A DNA stretch of 64,000 nt from Pocillopora damicornis. Lineage: Eukaryota. The notes under the pieces were generated by a model, which was given only the letters and a program-made list of their open reading frames with translations, searched no databases and had not been told where the DNA came from. The position numbers were made by a program, and so were the translations under genes. Location of the stretch: the NCBI RefSeq assembly GCF_003704095.1, contig NW_020846824.1, positions 124,001-188,000 of the forward strand, given 5' to 3'. Of the stretch, positions 52,001-63,775 are shown piece by piece (the first letter of the stretch is position 1; the number at the start of each line of letters is the position of its first letter).

Positions 52001-54916
52001 TAATTAAAATTAAGTTAAAAAAGGCCTTTTATTTGTTTTCATTTTATTTTGTTTTGTAATTTGATTATGAAGGTTGATATTTAGTTTCATGTTTTTCTCT
52101 CCAGAGTATTTAAGCTGACATTGTTTCTAGTTACAACACTGTATATTGCGTTTGGTGTCTGTGGTTACCTGGTAAGTAACTTTCCCTTTTTGTGTTTTAA
52201 ATATTTATCACCATTTAGTAACAACAGCTTTTAATCTAAAACAGAAAATTTATATTTTTTTACTAGTTAATAAATACTGTACCAAGTTTTATGATGACCA
52301 ACAAAGGAGCCCTTGATGGTTAAACAAACTCTCCTCGTCAACCTCTAGAGAAATGTACTAAGAAACGTATGGAGAATATGCATACTGATGTTAGGGTGTA
52401 AATGGTTAATTTGACAATTAAAAACTCTTTTTATCCAATCCCTGGTGGGTGAGTGACCATCTAAAAGTGGCAGTGGACCCAGTGTATTAGAACAGGAGAC
52501 TTAGTTCCTGAGTGTGTTTCTTGGAATCATTGGCACCTCTGAACTAACTGAGGTTTTCCTTTCTTTTCAGTCTTTTGGAGAAAACACACAGCAAATGATC
52601 ACTCTAAATTTACCTCTTGGTAAGAAAGAAAGTTGCAAATTGCATTAATAATTACCACTTCAAAGTCTATGCTATTTCAAAAAATTTCAGGAGTACCGCA
52701 CTGGCTGCAATGGAGCCAGTGCAGCCAGTCCAGCCAAATCTCATCTCACTTTTCCATGTAAATTTTGCAGATGAGATCAATCAGTTTATTATTAACCCTT
52801 TAACTGTTAAGAGTTACTGGCATCTAATTTCTCCTTACAATATCAGCCCTGAATCAAACATTAAGGTTGTGAGAATAAAGGAAATGATCACCAACAGAAG
52901 AACTCTTGACTGTTAAACAAATTCTCCTTTTAAAAAACCTTAAAAAAATGTATAGAGAACAGTATGGAGAATATGCATACTGATATTAGGGTGTGAAGGG
53001 TTAAAAACTAGAACAATTTTGTAGGTTATGCATTAAATGTGCTTAAAGTTCATCTTGACTGTAGACGTGTGTCGTCTTATTGTTTGCTCCTGGCTTTAGA
53101 GTAAGCTTATGTATGTAGTTTGGGATATTTTGGAAATATCTTCAAACTAGCTGGTTTATCTGTTTTGAATTCTTACTAATGAGCTTTGTTGCTTTCTTTC
53201 TAGGTCCATTTCCTGCTGTAGTTCAACTTTGTCTTTGTTTCTCATTATTTTTTACTTACCCAAGTAAGTGTGTACTTTGTTTTATTTTAATTATTATTTT
53301 CCTTTTTTGCATTTTATTAAAATCTTAAGGAGTTTACATCAAGTTTTTAACTTGTATGTGGTTGATTTGCAGTTATGATGTTCCCTGTAGTGCTATTATT
53401 AGAGAAGAAACTTCTTCCAGATGGAGGGAAAAGCAGCTACTACCAAGGAGTAAATATTATATTTGGTTCTGTTTATTTGTTGAGATTTTATGCGATGTTC
53501 AATTCCCAATATTTTGATTTAGCTAGATTCTCAGTTCTGGTGAAGATTATTTGAATGTATTAGAAAAGTGAAATTTTTGGCCATTTATAGCTAAATGAAA
53601 AACATCATCCTTGATTTCAATTTTTGGCCAAAAAAAAATTAAAAAGCAAAATAATCAAAAAAGCTTTTTTGATGAGGTCTTCCATTTTTTTCTCCTTCAC
53701 AGGTGTTGTTTGGTGGTTAAGAGTCTAAAATTTTGTTGTGTGTTTTATTCCCTGCAGACTGTTTTACGAGCTTGTGTTGTAGTACTTTCCGGAATTGTTG
53801 TGCTTGTGATTCCAAACTTCTCCACACTCATGGCATTCTTTGGATCTAGCTGTTGTACTCTGTTAGGATTTGTTTTACCTGGAATATTTCATCTACGAAT
53901 TTTTGAAGGGTAAGTTTATTAAGAAATGTCATTTGCCAAACTTTGGTTGGCACAGATTGTGATGACAGCCTTCAGCTGCAGGTTTACTTAGTTTTTAAGG
54001 TGAGGGACATTGAGCCTAGTTTGGATGCATTATGCGTTGTTTAAAGTATTGTTGAAGAAAAATGTCTTTTTTGTGTGGGTCTTCAAAAGCTATGCCCATG
54101 TAAGAATCAAATGGGACGTGGAGGCTCTGCTCTCAAAAATTGGGGACATGTAGGTCTTCAAAGCTTTCACTAAAGCAAAAATGCCATATGCCAAAAGAAA
54201 AAATAGTTAGCCACCTAGGGGATTTGAACTTGGCAAGAGCATATTCCTGTATTTATTAAACCTTTTTAAAAACTCCTTAGATCTGAATGTGTCTCACCCC
54301 TTTAACTGTTTTGGTTTTCCTTTAAAATTATTTCCAAGAATTTGCTGTTAGATCAATAGAACAACTTCTACCTGATAAGTTTCATAATTCTCATTACCTG
54401 TCTGCTGGATAATGTATGGATGTTGTAGGGAGAAGTTACATGTTCATCACTTCTGGGATTTAAGAGGTGAATTTGTTTATTTGTGTGTTTATTTCACTTT
54501 GTCAATAACTGCATTTACTTTCTTCTTCAGGCATCTCACCAAAGGAGAATGGTTTATTGACATATTAATCATATTTCTTGGATTAGTTGGGTAAGGGTTA
54601 ATTTAATGTCACATACTCTTGAAATAAGTTATCTTCTGTTTATAGAGACTGCATCTGACAACTAATTCTCTGTGATGTTGAGTTTCAATTCAAAAACTTC
54701 TCAATCTCAAATAATTCTACTCCACTGTGTCTAAACAGTCGCACATAGTTAATTTTCAAGCAACCCTCCTCACGGTTACCATTTTTGTTGTAATTGGTAG
54801 TGGCCCTGTTCATTAACATTTTTTTGCTAAATATTTCTTCTACTAATAGTTATTTATATTCCAGTGCTGTTATAGGAACAAGAGACGCTCTTTTAAGGCT
54901 GCTGTCTGGCTCCTGA
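46026..54916 (+). CDS. Amino acid transporter, Aa_trans family (SLC36/ANT1/AVT3-like), 17 exons, ~441 aa
   Basis: Exons 46026-46130, 46260-46309, 47834-48020, 49665-49704, 50086-50151, 50539-50605, 51206-51286, 51451-51528, 51765-51834, 51921-51985, 52105-52171, 52571-52619, 53204-53263, 53373-53449, 53758-53909, 54531-54590 and 54865-54916 sum to 1326 nt. Motifs: ANIFISFIGAGILGMPHAFKEAG, SQIGFSCAYLIFI, GVAIYCYEGAG, GYLSFG, FFTYPIMMFP, IPNF...GS. Confidence 0.92.
46940..47358. mobile_element. Non-autonomous DNA transposon/MITE with long imperfect TIRs (possibly PIF/Harbinger-type)
   Basis: taagcccagttcagac.tcgtgcttctg ... cagaagcacaacatctgaactaggcctta, with TAA/TTA flanks. Confidence 0.6.
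49966..50024 (+). repeat. (GTTT)n/(GTT)n microsatellite
   Basis: Read directly from the sequence. Confidence 0.85.
52792..53004. mobile_element. MITE copy (TTAACCCTT...AAGGGTTAA)
   Basis: Terminal inverted repeats, with the internal ttctccttacaatatc and gagaatatgcatactgat shared with other copies. Confidence 0.75.
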
Positions 54917-55306
54917 CTCTGTAGTGCTTTATCTGGGACATAAAACAGAGTTTTTGTTTATATGTTTTGATAACTTATTCATCAAAAGCCAAACCAACAA
55001 GAAAATAGGATGAAATAATTTTAAAAAAGAGGACCAATAGGAATGTGAGTTAAAAAATAAGATATAACAGAGTTTATTAAAGAACAATATTAAAACTTTG
55101 TAACATTTTCCTATTGCAATGAAAGTATATATAAATCCTAAATGAAACTCTTAAAGTCAAATTTCAGTTGTTCAGAACTGCAGTTTAATTGAGTCTCATA
55201 GTATATAACTAACTATTAAACATAATTGTTAGTTAGAAGATGTTTATACAATTAAGAGATTGTTATTTTTAGAAAAAAACTTGCAATTTTAGCTTTGATT
55301 GAAATC

Positions 55307-55514
55307 AACCCTTTAACTCCCAGATCTGATAATCAATTCTCCTCACCAGCTACTACATATTTCCTTTTAAATTAGTTGCAAGAATTTGGTGTTAGATCAA
55401 GACAACAACTTCTATTTGATATGTTTGAGTATTCTCATTACCTGTTTGGTGGATAATGTATGGATATTGCAGGGAGAAGATAGATGTTAATCACTTCTGG
55501 GAGTTAAAGGGTTA
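55307..55514. mobile_element. MITE copy (TTAACCC...GGGTTAA family)
   Basis: aaccctttaactcccaga ... tctgggagttaaagggtta. Confidence 0.75.
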
Positions 55515-58019
55515 TTATTGATTTTAAATGTGGTTTTTCTTTAAGTGTGTTAGCTAGGAGGGTGGGGTGGGAAGCTGTGTCATTCTTTTTTCAGTTGGGT
55601 GGGATACTGTATATACCTGTAATTCAAAATAACTATTACAAAACAAGTAATAGGTCATTTAAGAGATATTTCACCCTGTACAGTTATTTTTCCAAGTAAT
55701 AAGCGGGAGTGCTGGAGAACACAAAGAGGGCTAAATTATATTTTTCAAATTGATAAATAAATGTAATTTAAAAAGAAGGTACAATTTTTACATGTTGTAC
55801 TGACGAAGGACATGCGTTAAAATATCTTGCGAAAAAACATTTTCAGGCTTTTTTTTCCCTTTTTTTCTTCTGAGGAATACTAAGAAAGCATTGCTTTCCT
55901 GTTCGGAAATTATATTTCATAAGGCAAGGGTTTATTTTTCTTAAAGAACTCATTAACAAGCTTATTCGTAGCCAAATGATTGCCTGGATATCATGTAACA
56001 AGCCGGAGCGGAGATGAAAAGAGGGGAGGGGAAGAGTAGAGGGCCGGCATCGTTTATTTACCACGTGTTATTTTGTAGAAAAGGAGGTGGTTTTTATTGT
56101 AAAGTTAATGAATTTTTGTGTACGTGAACGAATAGTAAATTAAATGCAACCGTAAAATTCCGTCCGTTCTATAGAAGTTTTAGCGTTTAGGCGTAAAAGG
56201 TCGAGGGGAAGTCTGCTGTCGGGTCGAATGGTCTACATTCCTGGGACATATCCCGGTATCCGTGGGGGTTAATGACAAGGGGTATTGCTATCCCTCTCAC
56301 GCACCCCTAAATGAGAAGCTAAACCATAAGCTTCCTGTCAGCATTCTGTAAGATTTATTTTGCATTACGCCAGTGCTAAGTAATCTTTCTGGGTAGAGTG
56401 AAGTATTATTGGAGTAAGTTACCTTGCTCACGCACACGACACAAGTACCCGGGTGCGGAATCTCACCCCCTCTCCCAATCCCCTGTAATTACCTTCTTCT
56501 CCTTCCCCCCCGCCCCTTCTCATCCCGAACCCCCTCCACCCATCTTTACAGAAAGACAGATTCTGCTCAACTTGAATGAAAATAAGCTGGTTTACCTCTT
56601 TGGGACGTGTTTTATGAATGAAAAAAAGTTTAGACCCCAGAAGGAGACTACGTGCGAATGGTTTATCGACCTTTATCGTTACATCTTACCGAAGGAAGAA
56701 TATTATACGCCGGATTGAGTCGATAATATGGTCAACACCGGTAAGTATTTTAAGCATGATTTAAAGGGATGGATGTTTGCTCTGACTTGATAAAAATTCG
56801 CCCTTGTAACTGATTTAAACTGCAACTTTGAATGTGGTTGGCTTATTGAAAGTGCGACAACAACTTGGCAAGTGCATGAGTGGAAAAAAGGAGCTTTTTT
56901 TAAAACAATAACAATCGAGGAAAGTGTAATTTTCATGACTGAATACAAAACAAGTTTTAAATGTTTTTTTTTTTTATCATTTCCTTTTTAATGATTTCTA
57001 TTTGCACAATTTGTAACTTCCCTTCAACGTTCAAACATTGCGGGAAATTGCGAACGACTTCTTATTTTAAATTGGCCTTTATCGGAATAAACATATCGAA
57101 TGACAGTTCAGTGCGGCACGTTTACAGCGGGAAGTGAAACAGACTTTGAACAAGAATATGAGACTTAACGAGGAAGTGCCTTGAAATGGTTGCTTCACAA
57201 GAGTCTCTGGTACAAATGAAGAGATTGTTATAGGCCGCTGAAATCACTTTGGTGAAATGGGAAAACAGAAAGCGAGGTTTCCACGAAGTTGAAATCCCAC
57301 TGAGAAAAAGGAAATATGTTTTTCATTAATTAAAGTTACGTTGACTACTGCAGAGTAGAAAGACCCCATTTTTTTCAAATTGATGCAGCTGAGAACTGAC
57401 AAGCGGTGTTCAAGCGGCTTTGAAATAATGAAAAAAAAAATTTTTTTTATTTCCCCAAGGAAATGTTTTGTTTATCACATAGGAACTAGATATGGTAATG
57501 AACTGCAACTTGTTTTTCATACATCGCGTTTCACTTCGCTCACACTGTGATAACTGCTGATAGTTTTAATCAGTTTCGAGACAAATCCATTCTTAATTTA
57601 CTGTAAAAACTGTGTGTGTTCACGATTTGCTATATGACCTCCATTTGTGTTCGTGACTCCAATTCATTTTGCTTACGTCTTGTGTTCGTTATAGTGAGCA
57701 AACAGTTTTTTCCTTCGCCTAAATCACAAAGAAAACTAATTCAAGCTTTTTTAAAATGTCAAAAGTTCGCTAGGCACGTTTTCGACTTTGTGACTGATAA
57801 TTTGACGAACTGTTTGTTTTTTAGTCAATTTCGTGATTCTTTTATGTCAAGAACATCATACGCAAATGAAGAAGTTTCTTTTGTCTGCATTCTTTTGTTA
57901 GTCACGTACAAAAATGCAAGCCGACTATATCTATTATGAGACCAGTTGTTAATTTTTCAATTCTCAGCTGAATAGTCAAACTAAACTTCACGTTGGCCCA
58001 CGAGGCAAAAAGTATTTTC

Positions 58020-58952
58020 ATGGAAACAAACTTCACAGAAGTCTGTATATTTGTCGTTCTATATGCCATTGTGGTTCTGGCTGGTTTACCTGGAAACGTT
58101 CTCTTTATTGCCGTGGTAAAACGAACTCGTTCAATGCATACAACGACAAACTTCATTCTCGGAAACATCGCCGTTGCCGATGTATTCACTCTTCTGTTTT
58201 GCTTTCCTGGGGTGCTGTTGCAGTTTGCAGTGGACCATCATCCAAGAAACGCCTTTGGAAGTTTTCTTTGCAAGTTTGTCACTATGCATCAAATTGCTGG
58301 TGTAACTTTGTTAGTGTCTGGCCTAAGTTTGACACTGATATCCATCGAGAGACATAACGCTCTGCTTCAGCCAATGAATACTAAGCTTCGCCTACGAAAG
58401 AAACAACTTTATTTAGCTGTTAGTCTAATCTGGATTTTCTCAATCGCCTTTGTTTTGCCCCTGTTTGTCGAACAGAAATACGTCGATGAACTAAAGAGCT
58501 GCCACATGGACTGGAAACCCCCCGTTTCGAAGGCTTACTGGGGATCTTTGGCAGGACTCACTCTCCTGTCGTGGCTTGTAATGTTCGTTTGTTATTTTCG
58601 CATTGTTAGTGGAATCTTGCGCGGGGACATTTTATCATCCAGCCCAAATAAAGGCGAAAACGTCAAAGAAAAGGATATCCAAAGCAAGAAAAAGATTGTC
58701 AAACTTTTGATAACTATCACCATTTTATTTATAGTTTGTTTTTTGCCATTCGCTTTAGTCTCAGCCATAAATGTTTCATCACACAGTTTGTTTTACAAAG
58801 TTTCCTATTTCTTGGTGTACTGTAGCTGTTCTCTAAATCCAGTGGTTTACGCATTTCAAAGTTCAAACTACAGAACAGGCATAAGGTGTCTCTGTGCTAA
58901 GAGACAAACAATGCATATTGTGAATTCTGGGAACGATGTCTTAACCAGGTAG
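58020..58952 (+). CDS. Intronless class A (rhodopsin-like) GPCR, neuropeptide-receptor-like, ~310 aa
   Basis: Seven hydrophobic segments with GN (TM1), NIAVAD (TM2), C at the start of TM3, SIERH (DRY position), W in TM4, CFLPF (TM6) and NPVVY (TM7). First ATG is at 58020. Confidence 0.93.
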   Translation: METNFTEVCIFVVLYAIVVLAGLPGNVLFIAVVKRTRSMHTTTNFILGNIAVADVFTLLFCFPGVLLQFAVDHHPRNAFGSFLCKFVTMHQIAGVTLLVSGLSLTLISIERHNALLQPMNTKLRLRKKQLYLAVSLIWIFSIAFVLPLFVEQKYVDELKSCHMDWKPPVSKAYWGSLAGLTLLSWLVMFVCYFRIVSGILRGDILSSSPNKGENVKEKDIQSKKKIVKLLITITILFIVCFLPFALVSAINVSSHSLFYKVSYFLVYCSCSLNPVVYAFQSSNYRTGIRCLCAKRQTMHIVNSGNDVLTR

Positions 58953-59513
58953 CCTTGATGAGCCGCTGAATGCCGACATTGATTTTGCAAATTCCTTTGA
59001 CATAGAACAATGAAAAAAATATATTAAAACACTGTTATTAACACAGTAATAAACTGACTGTCGTAAATAAAATACACCTGAATTCACACTATTACCACAG
59101 TCTCAGTTTTCGGTCTTCATCCGTATTTTCATTAGTAACAGACCATACTTTCTATCTGTTTACCAGCATGATATTCCATGCATGTTTTCCTAACATCCCA
59201 AGTGGGTTATTACGCGCGCCGGTAGCCCTTTAAAAAGTGTAGTATATTGCATTTATAAAAGAAACTTCAATTTTGGAATGGGTTTAGCAGTTAAACGATG
59301 GGTTTCTGTCTAACCAATCAGGGGCCTTGTAGTATCTCAGGTATTTTATGAATCCCCCCATAAGAAAATTTCCTGTCTTATAATTTTTGAAACGCGCATG
59401 GATCACAAGAGAGGGTGGAATGGTGCGAAGTGAGAAAAGTACCCCCTCACTCCCGCTGAGAGGCTGTGATGTAAATTAAGAGCCCATTTTTCGCGCTTTT
59501 GTTAGCGTAGAAA

Positions 59514-59546
<33 letters not shown>

Positions 59547-59564
59547 TAGGTGGGAGAGTATAAC

Positions 59565-59755
59565 AGGTAATTTAGTGTTAACAACTGAGTTGAAAACGGA
59601 AATTGGCCACCGTAAAGAGTAAAAAAGCTGACGTTTCGAGCGTTAGCCCTTCGTCAGAGCGATTTGTGAAGGGCTAACGCTCGAAACGTAAGCTTTTTTA
59701 CTCTTTACGGTGGCCAATTAACGTTTTCAACTCAGTTGTTAACACTAAATTACCT
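59565..59755. repeat. Near-perfect foldback (two ~88-bp arms) from a Penelope-type terminal repeat
   Basis: Arms 59565-59652 and 59668-59755 are reverse complements with about 3 mismatches. Decayed relatives lie at ~42300-42390 and ~63545-63625. Confidence 0.9.
59628..59660 (-). ncRNA. Minimal hammerhead ribozyme motif
   Basis: Minus strand reads GCU CUGACGA A GGGC-UAAC-GCUC GAAAC GUC AGC: conserved core, 4-bp stem II, GUC cleavage triplet, GCU/AGC stem I and a palindromic ACGU in place of stem III. Confidence 0.6.
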
Positions 59756-60003
59756 TTTGTTAAAATGTTTGTTTGTTGTTGTTTTTGTTCGCTCCATACC
59801 TTAGACATGAAACATTGTATATAGCAAGGCCAATCTACCTATTCAGTCAACTGAAAACAGATCAATACAGAAAGAGCCTGTTGTTGGACTTCTGCGCAGT
59901 CGCATTTACTACAAGTACGTTCAAGTTGAAACTCTGCACAGATATAGCCCTAGGGAGGGGAGGTGGGGAACGCAAGGTTATGTGAGAGAGTAGGGCTAAA
60001 CTA

Positions 60004-62313
60004 ATGTCCATCGAGTTACCATTAGTAATGGGGATTTGGAACGCACTTTTGGTTGTGGCCTCCATTGTAGTAGTTTTAACAGCTGGGATAAAAATTGTGA
60101 CTTCATCGAGTTGGTACAAAAAACGTTTTGCTCAAAGCCAAAACGAATGGGTACATTTAACCAGAAGAGTTTTTGATCCCCTGAAACGAAAGCTTTTCTC
60201 AGACCTTGAGCAGCACCTGAGATCAATGGAAGGCGATGTTTTGGAAATAGGGATCGGTCCAGGTTCAAACTTCGATTATTATCCCCAAGGTACCTCACTT
60301 ATCGCTGTTGACTCGAACCCACACGTCGAAGAATCTCTCAAGAGAAACTTAGAGAAAGCTGGCAGAAAAATTTACCTTAAAAAATTTGTGGCTGCTTCGA
60401 CGGAGGACATGAGTTGTAAGGGAGAAATCGGTGTAGAAGACAATTCTGTCGCCGCTGTTGTTTGTGCGAAGCTGTTGTGTAACCTCTCTGATCTTCAGAT
60501 GAGGAAAACCATCGCAGAAGTGAAGAGAGTTTTGATGCCTGTGAGTCTTTGTGTTGTTGTGTTCAGTGTGGAAATATGTTAGAGGTGGGAGGGGAGGGGG
60601 AGTGGAGATGGGAGGGTATGTGTCAATCAGTAATATATTTTTTTCCAATAAAACGAAACAGTATTGTGGGTATCAAGATAGTTAATGATTAATATTTGTC
60701 ATAGCTTTCATTTAAAGATGGTAATTGTTCTCAGTGGCAAACATACTGCTAAAACATTGGGCCTTGTTAAATAGTATCATTTTACATATAATTCAAATCA
60801 TATATGATATGTCTAAAACATACTGCGACAGAAGGCAAACCAGTAAGCTCTTTACAAGCCCTGTCAAGTTGTTGAACTTAGGAACACTAAAAAACAAATC
60901 TATCATTCTAACTACACTTACATGAGACATTTAATGTGAAAAGTTTATTTAGGATGAGTCAGTCAGTTTTCTAGTATATGCATCCTGATACAATCTGAGG
61001 AAAGGGTAAACTAACAAAAAAAAAAATGATTGTAATGACATTTTGCAAGGAGTTGGAATACCAAAAACTACAACAAATACAGAAAAGAAAGTGGTCGAAC
61101 ATAAGACTGATGAACTTAGAATCAATTTTCCTGTCAAATGCCTGAATAATCCGAAACTTCCATGATGCCATGCGAAACTCTTCAATGTGCCATCAGAATG
61201 TCAATTTCTGACTAATTCGTTCCCATGGCACTCAAATGTCAGAAATTACATGTGTGGCCAGTGTGTGACTTGAACCTGGGACCTGGGGATTATGAGTCTG
61301 CATGATGCTCTCAGTGCTTAGCAACCCTGCTTATTCCTTAAGTTGACCTATCTTAATAAAGTTTGATGTGCCTCAGAGTATTTCTAGCCTTGTTAACAGG
61401 GATGGCTGGGGAAGGGGTGGCAGGATTGGTCACCACAGAGACCTGTACCCAACAGTTTGCATTGTAAGGCAGAAACAGTGGCAGATCAATACCTTGGCAC
61501 AAATTTTTTTGAGTATTTTAGAGGTGCCACCCATGGTGTGAAGAGGATGGCAGGTGCACCATGCTGGAAACTGAATCCAAACTAAATACCTTGACCTAAG
61601 GAAATTAAAAATAAGTGGGTCATCAAGGCCCTGTATATAAGGTCCCTATCCTAGATATGCCACTGCAGATGGTTATAAAAAGGACACTGTATCAAAACTG
61701 GAACTGGTTTTGTGGGTTCAAATGTTCCTGGCTCAGATATATCATACTCATTTTAATTGGTCTTAAAACAAATCATTCTGTTTTGCTTTGGTTATTTTTT
61801 TGTTTATTGACTTTTTCTTTTTTCATCTGATGGCCACAATTGATGAATGAAAATTTTGCTAATAAATTTTTGTGTATTTTTCAGGGTGGCAGATTTTATT
61901 TTCTGGAGCATGTTGCTGGTTAGTGTTAAGACCTCAGGAACAGTTTTTAAGTTGAGCATTTTAATGTTTGAATTACCCCTTACAAAACACTAAGTTTTTT
62001 CACTTCTCTGTTTTGTGATAGCTAAGCCATGGACATGCCAATACTTTCTTCAACATCTTGTCACCAAATTGCGCATATGGCCTTCATTGTATGATGCTGC
62101 TGTAATCAAAACACTCTGTCCTACATACACAATGGTGGCTTCAAATGGGTGCAGTCTGAAAAGATCCAGGCAAATTGTTCACAAGAAATGTTTTCTGCAC
62201 CAAACAGTATATATTCAATATGGCGAGCAAGAGTGATCTTGTATTTTGTGAATATATGGTTAGTTGGCCTTGCAGAAAAGGGGCAATTGTCTGAAGAGAA
62301 AAAAAAATTGTGA
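60004..62313 (+). pseudogene. Second METTL7/TMT1-like methyltransferase with a frameshift in exon 3 (pseudogene, null allele or assembly error)
   Basis: Exons 60004-60540, 61885-61918 and 62022-62313 have the same intron positions as the copy at 12170. Motifs LEIGIGPGSNF, DSNPH and GGRFYFLEHVA. The frame changes at ~62096, from WPSLYD to CCCNQNTLSYIHNGGF. Confidence 0.75.
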
Positions 62314-63775
62314 CATAAACAAGTTGGATTGTGAATGAATATTCTGAGGCTACTTTTGAAAGAAGAGGGAATGAACGGTTGGAAGGACTATAACAAGGAA
62401 GGAAGAAAATAAGGAATGTTGAATTTAACATTAGATTCTCGAGCTCTATTTTAGTGGTAAGGAGTTTTAGCAGAACTCTTTATTACTGCTTACCTTTCCT
62501 TTTACGTGATTGATTGTGAATATTTCTCTGGATTCAATCCCACTTTGTGCCAAATTATCAGCATAACAGTAATTCCTCCTTCTCAAAACTGTATTTGTCG
62601 TAGAAAATTTGTTACTGTGGTACATGTAAAATTAACGTTTGGTCTCATTAAAAATTTACTGCTTAACAAGACTGACAGCTTTTGTGCAAACAACTTTCTG
62701 TTATGTCTTTAACTTCTTTTTGCTTTCACGTTCATCAATTTGCAATGATATTGTGGTGTTTTCTTCTGGAATTTTGGGAGGGTTTTTATTAACTCTGTAA
62801 CGTAGAATCCTCAGTCCCGTAGTTCTTCGGACCATTCTAAATTTTTTCTATTATAGTCTAAACTCTCCCCAGGGATCCCAATTAGTTGAGATAACAAAGC
62901 GTGGTTTGACTAATCCTGCTTAAATTATTCGACAAAGCTCACTTGGCACTTCTAAAGGTAATCTGATCGCTTAAAAAACGACTCTCTGTCGATTGGTGAG
63001 TACATTTTTACTGAACAAGTAAGCACGTGCTACTACACATCACGGCGCCGTGTTTTAAGTTTTCAAAAGTATACAATCTTACGGAAATCTTGTCAGTCTC
63101 GTTGAGTGACGAACCATTATTAAGATCAGAGAAAAGCCTTGCTCTGAAGTAAAGATCTTAAATTCGAGTAGTCGAAGAGATGGCTGAATTTTCGGCAACC
63201 TAGAGAGGAATATAAATGTTATGTTTTACATGAAATTTAAAACTCAAAACAATTATTAAATATATAGCAACAGAATTTCGTGGCTACTTTCAGAGTAATA
63301 TTTTGTATATGAAATTAAATTGGGGGTCAGGACACTTTTAAACCACTTGCAATGTAGACTTTCTACAGATTTTCTTTTGTTGTCAATTATTCCACTTGGC
63401 AAAATTTATGTTTCCTAGACAGACGACTACACCCCATTTATACTCCTGGGTAACAGCTTTGCTAAAGCTAAATAACACAGTACAGTGAATCAGGGGGATG
63501 ATGGGGGGTGGGGTGGGAAGGGTGTTAAAGAAAATTTGGTTTCACCAGCTGGGTTGATAATGTAAATTGGCCACCATAGAGAGTTTCTATAAAGCTGATG
63601 TTTCAAACATTATCCCTTTGTCATTCAGTGTTCGAATCTAAAATTAACATGATCAATGCAGGTGATAAAACCTAATTATCCTAGGACTTTTGCCATTTAT
63701 TCTGGGTTCTACCAGATTTGATTTTCTTGGGGAGTAATTTCTTTCTTTCTTACTCTCTTCCTCATCAATAGAGGG

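Noticed and set aside
62090-62100. In-frame TGA as selenocysteine in the second METTL7-like gene
   Set aside because: The TGA lies in the downstream frame just before the frameshift and is not reached from the upstream frame. No SECIS was recognised, and a 4-nt deletion explains the sequence.
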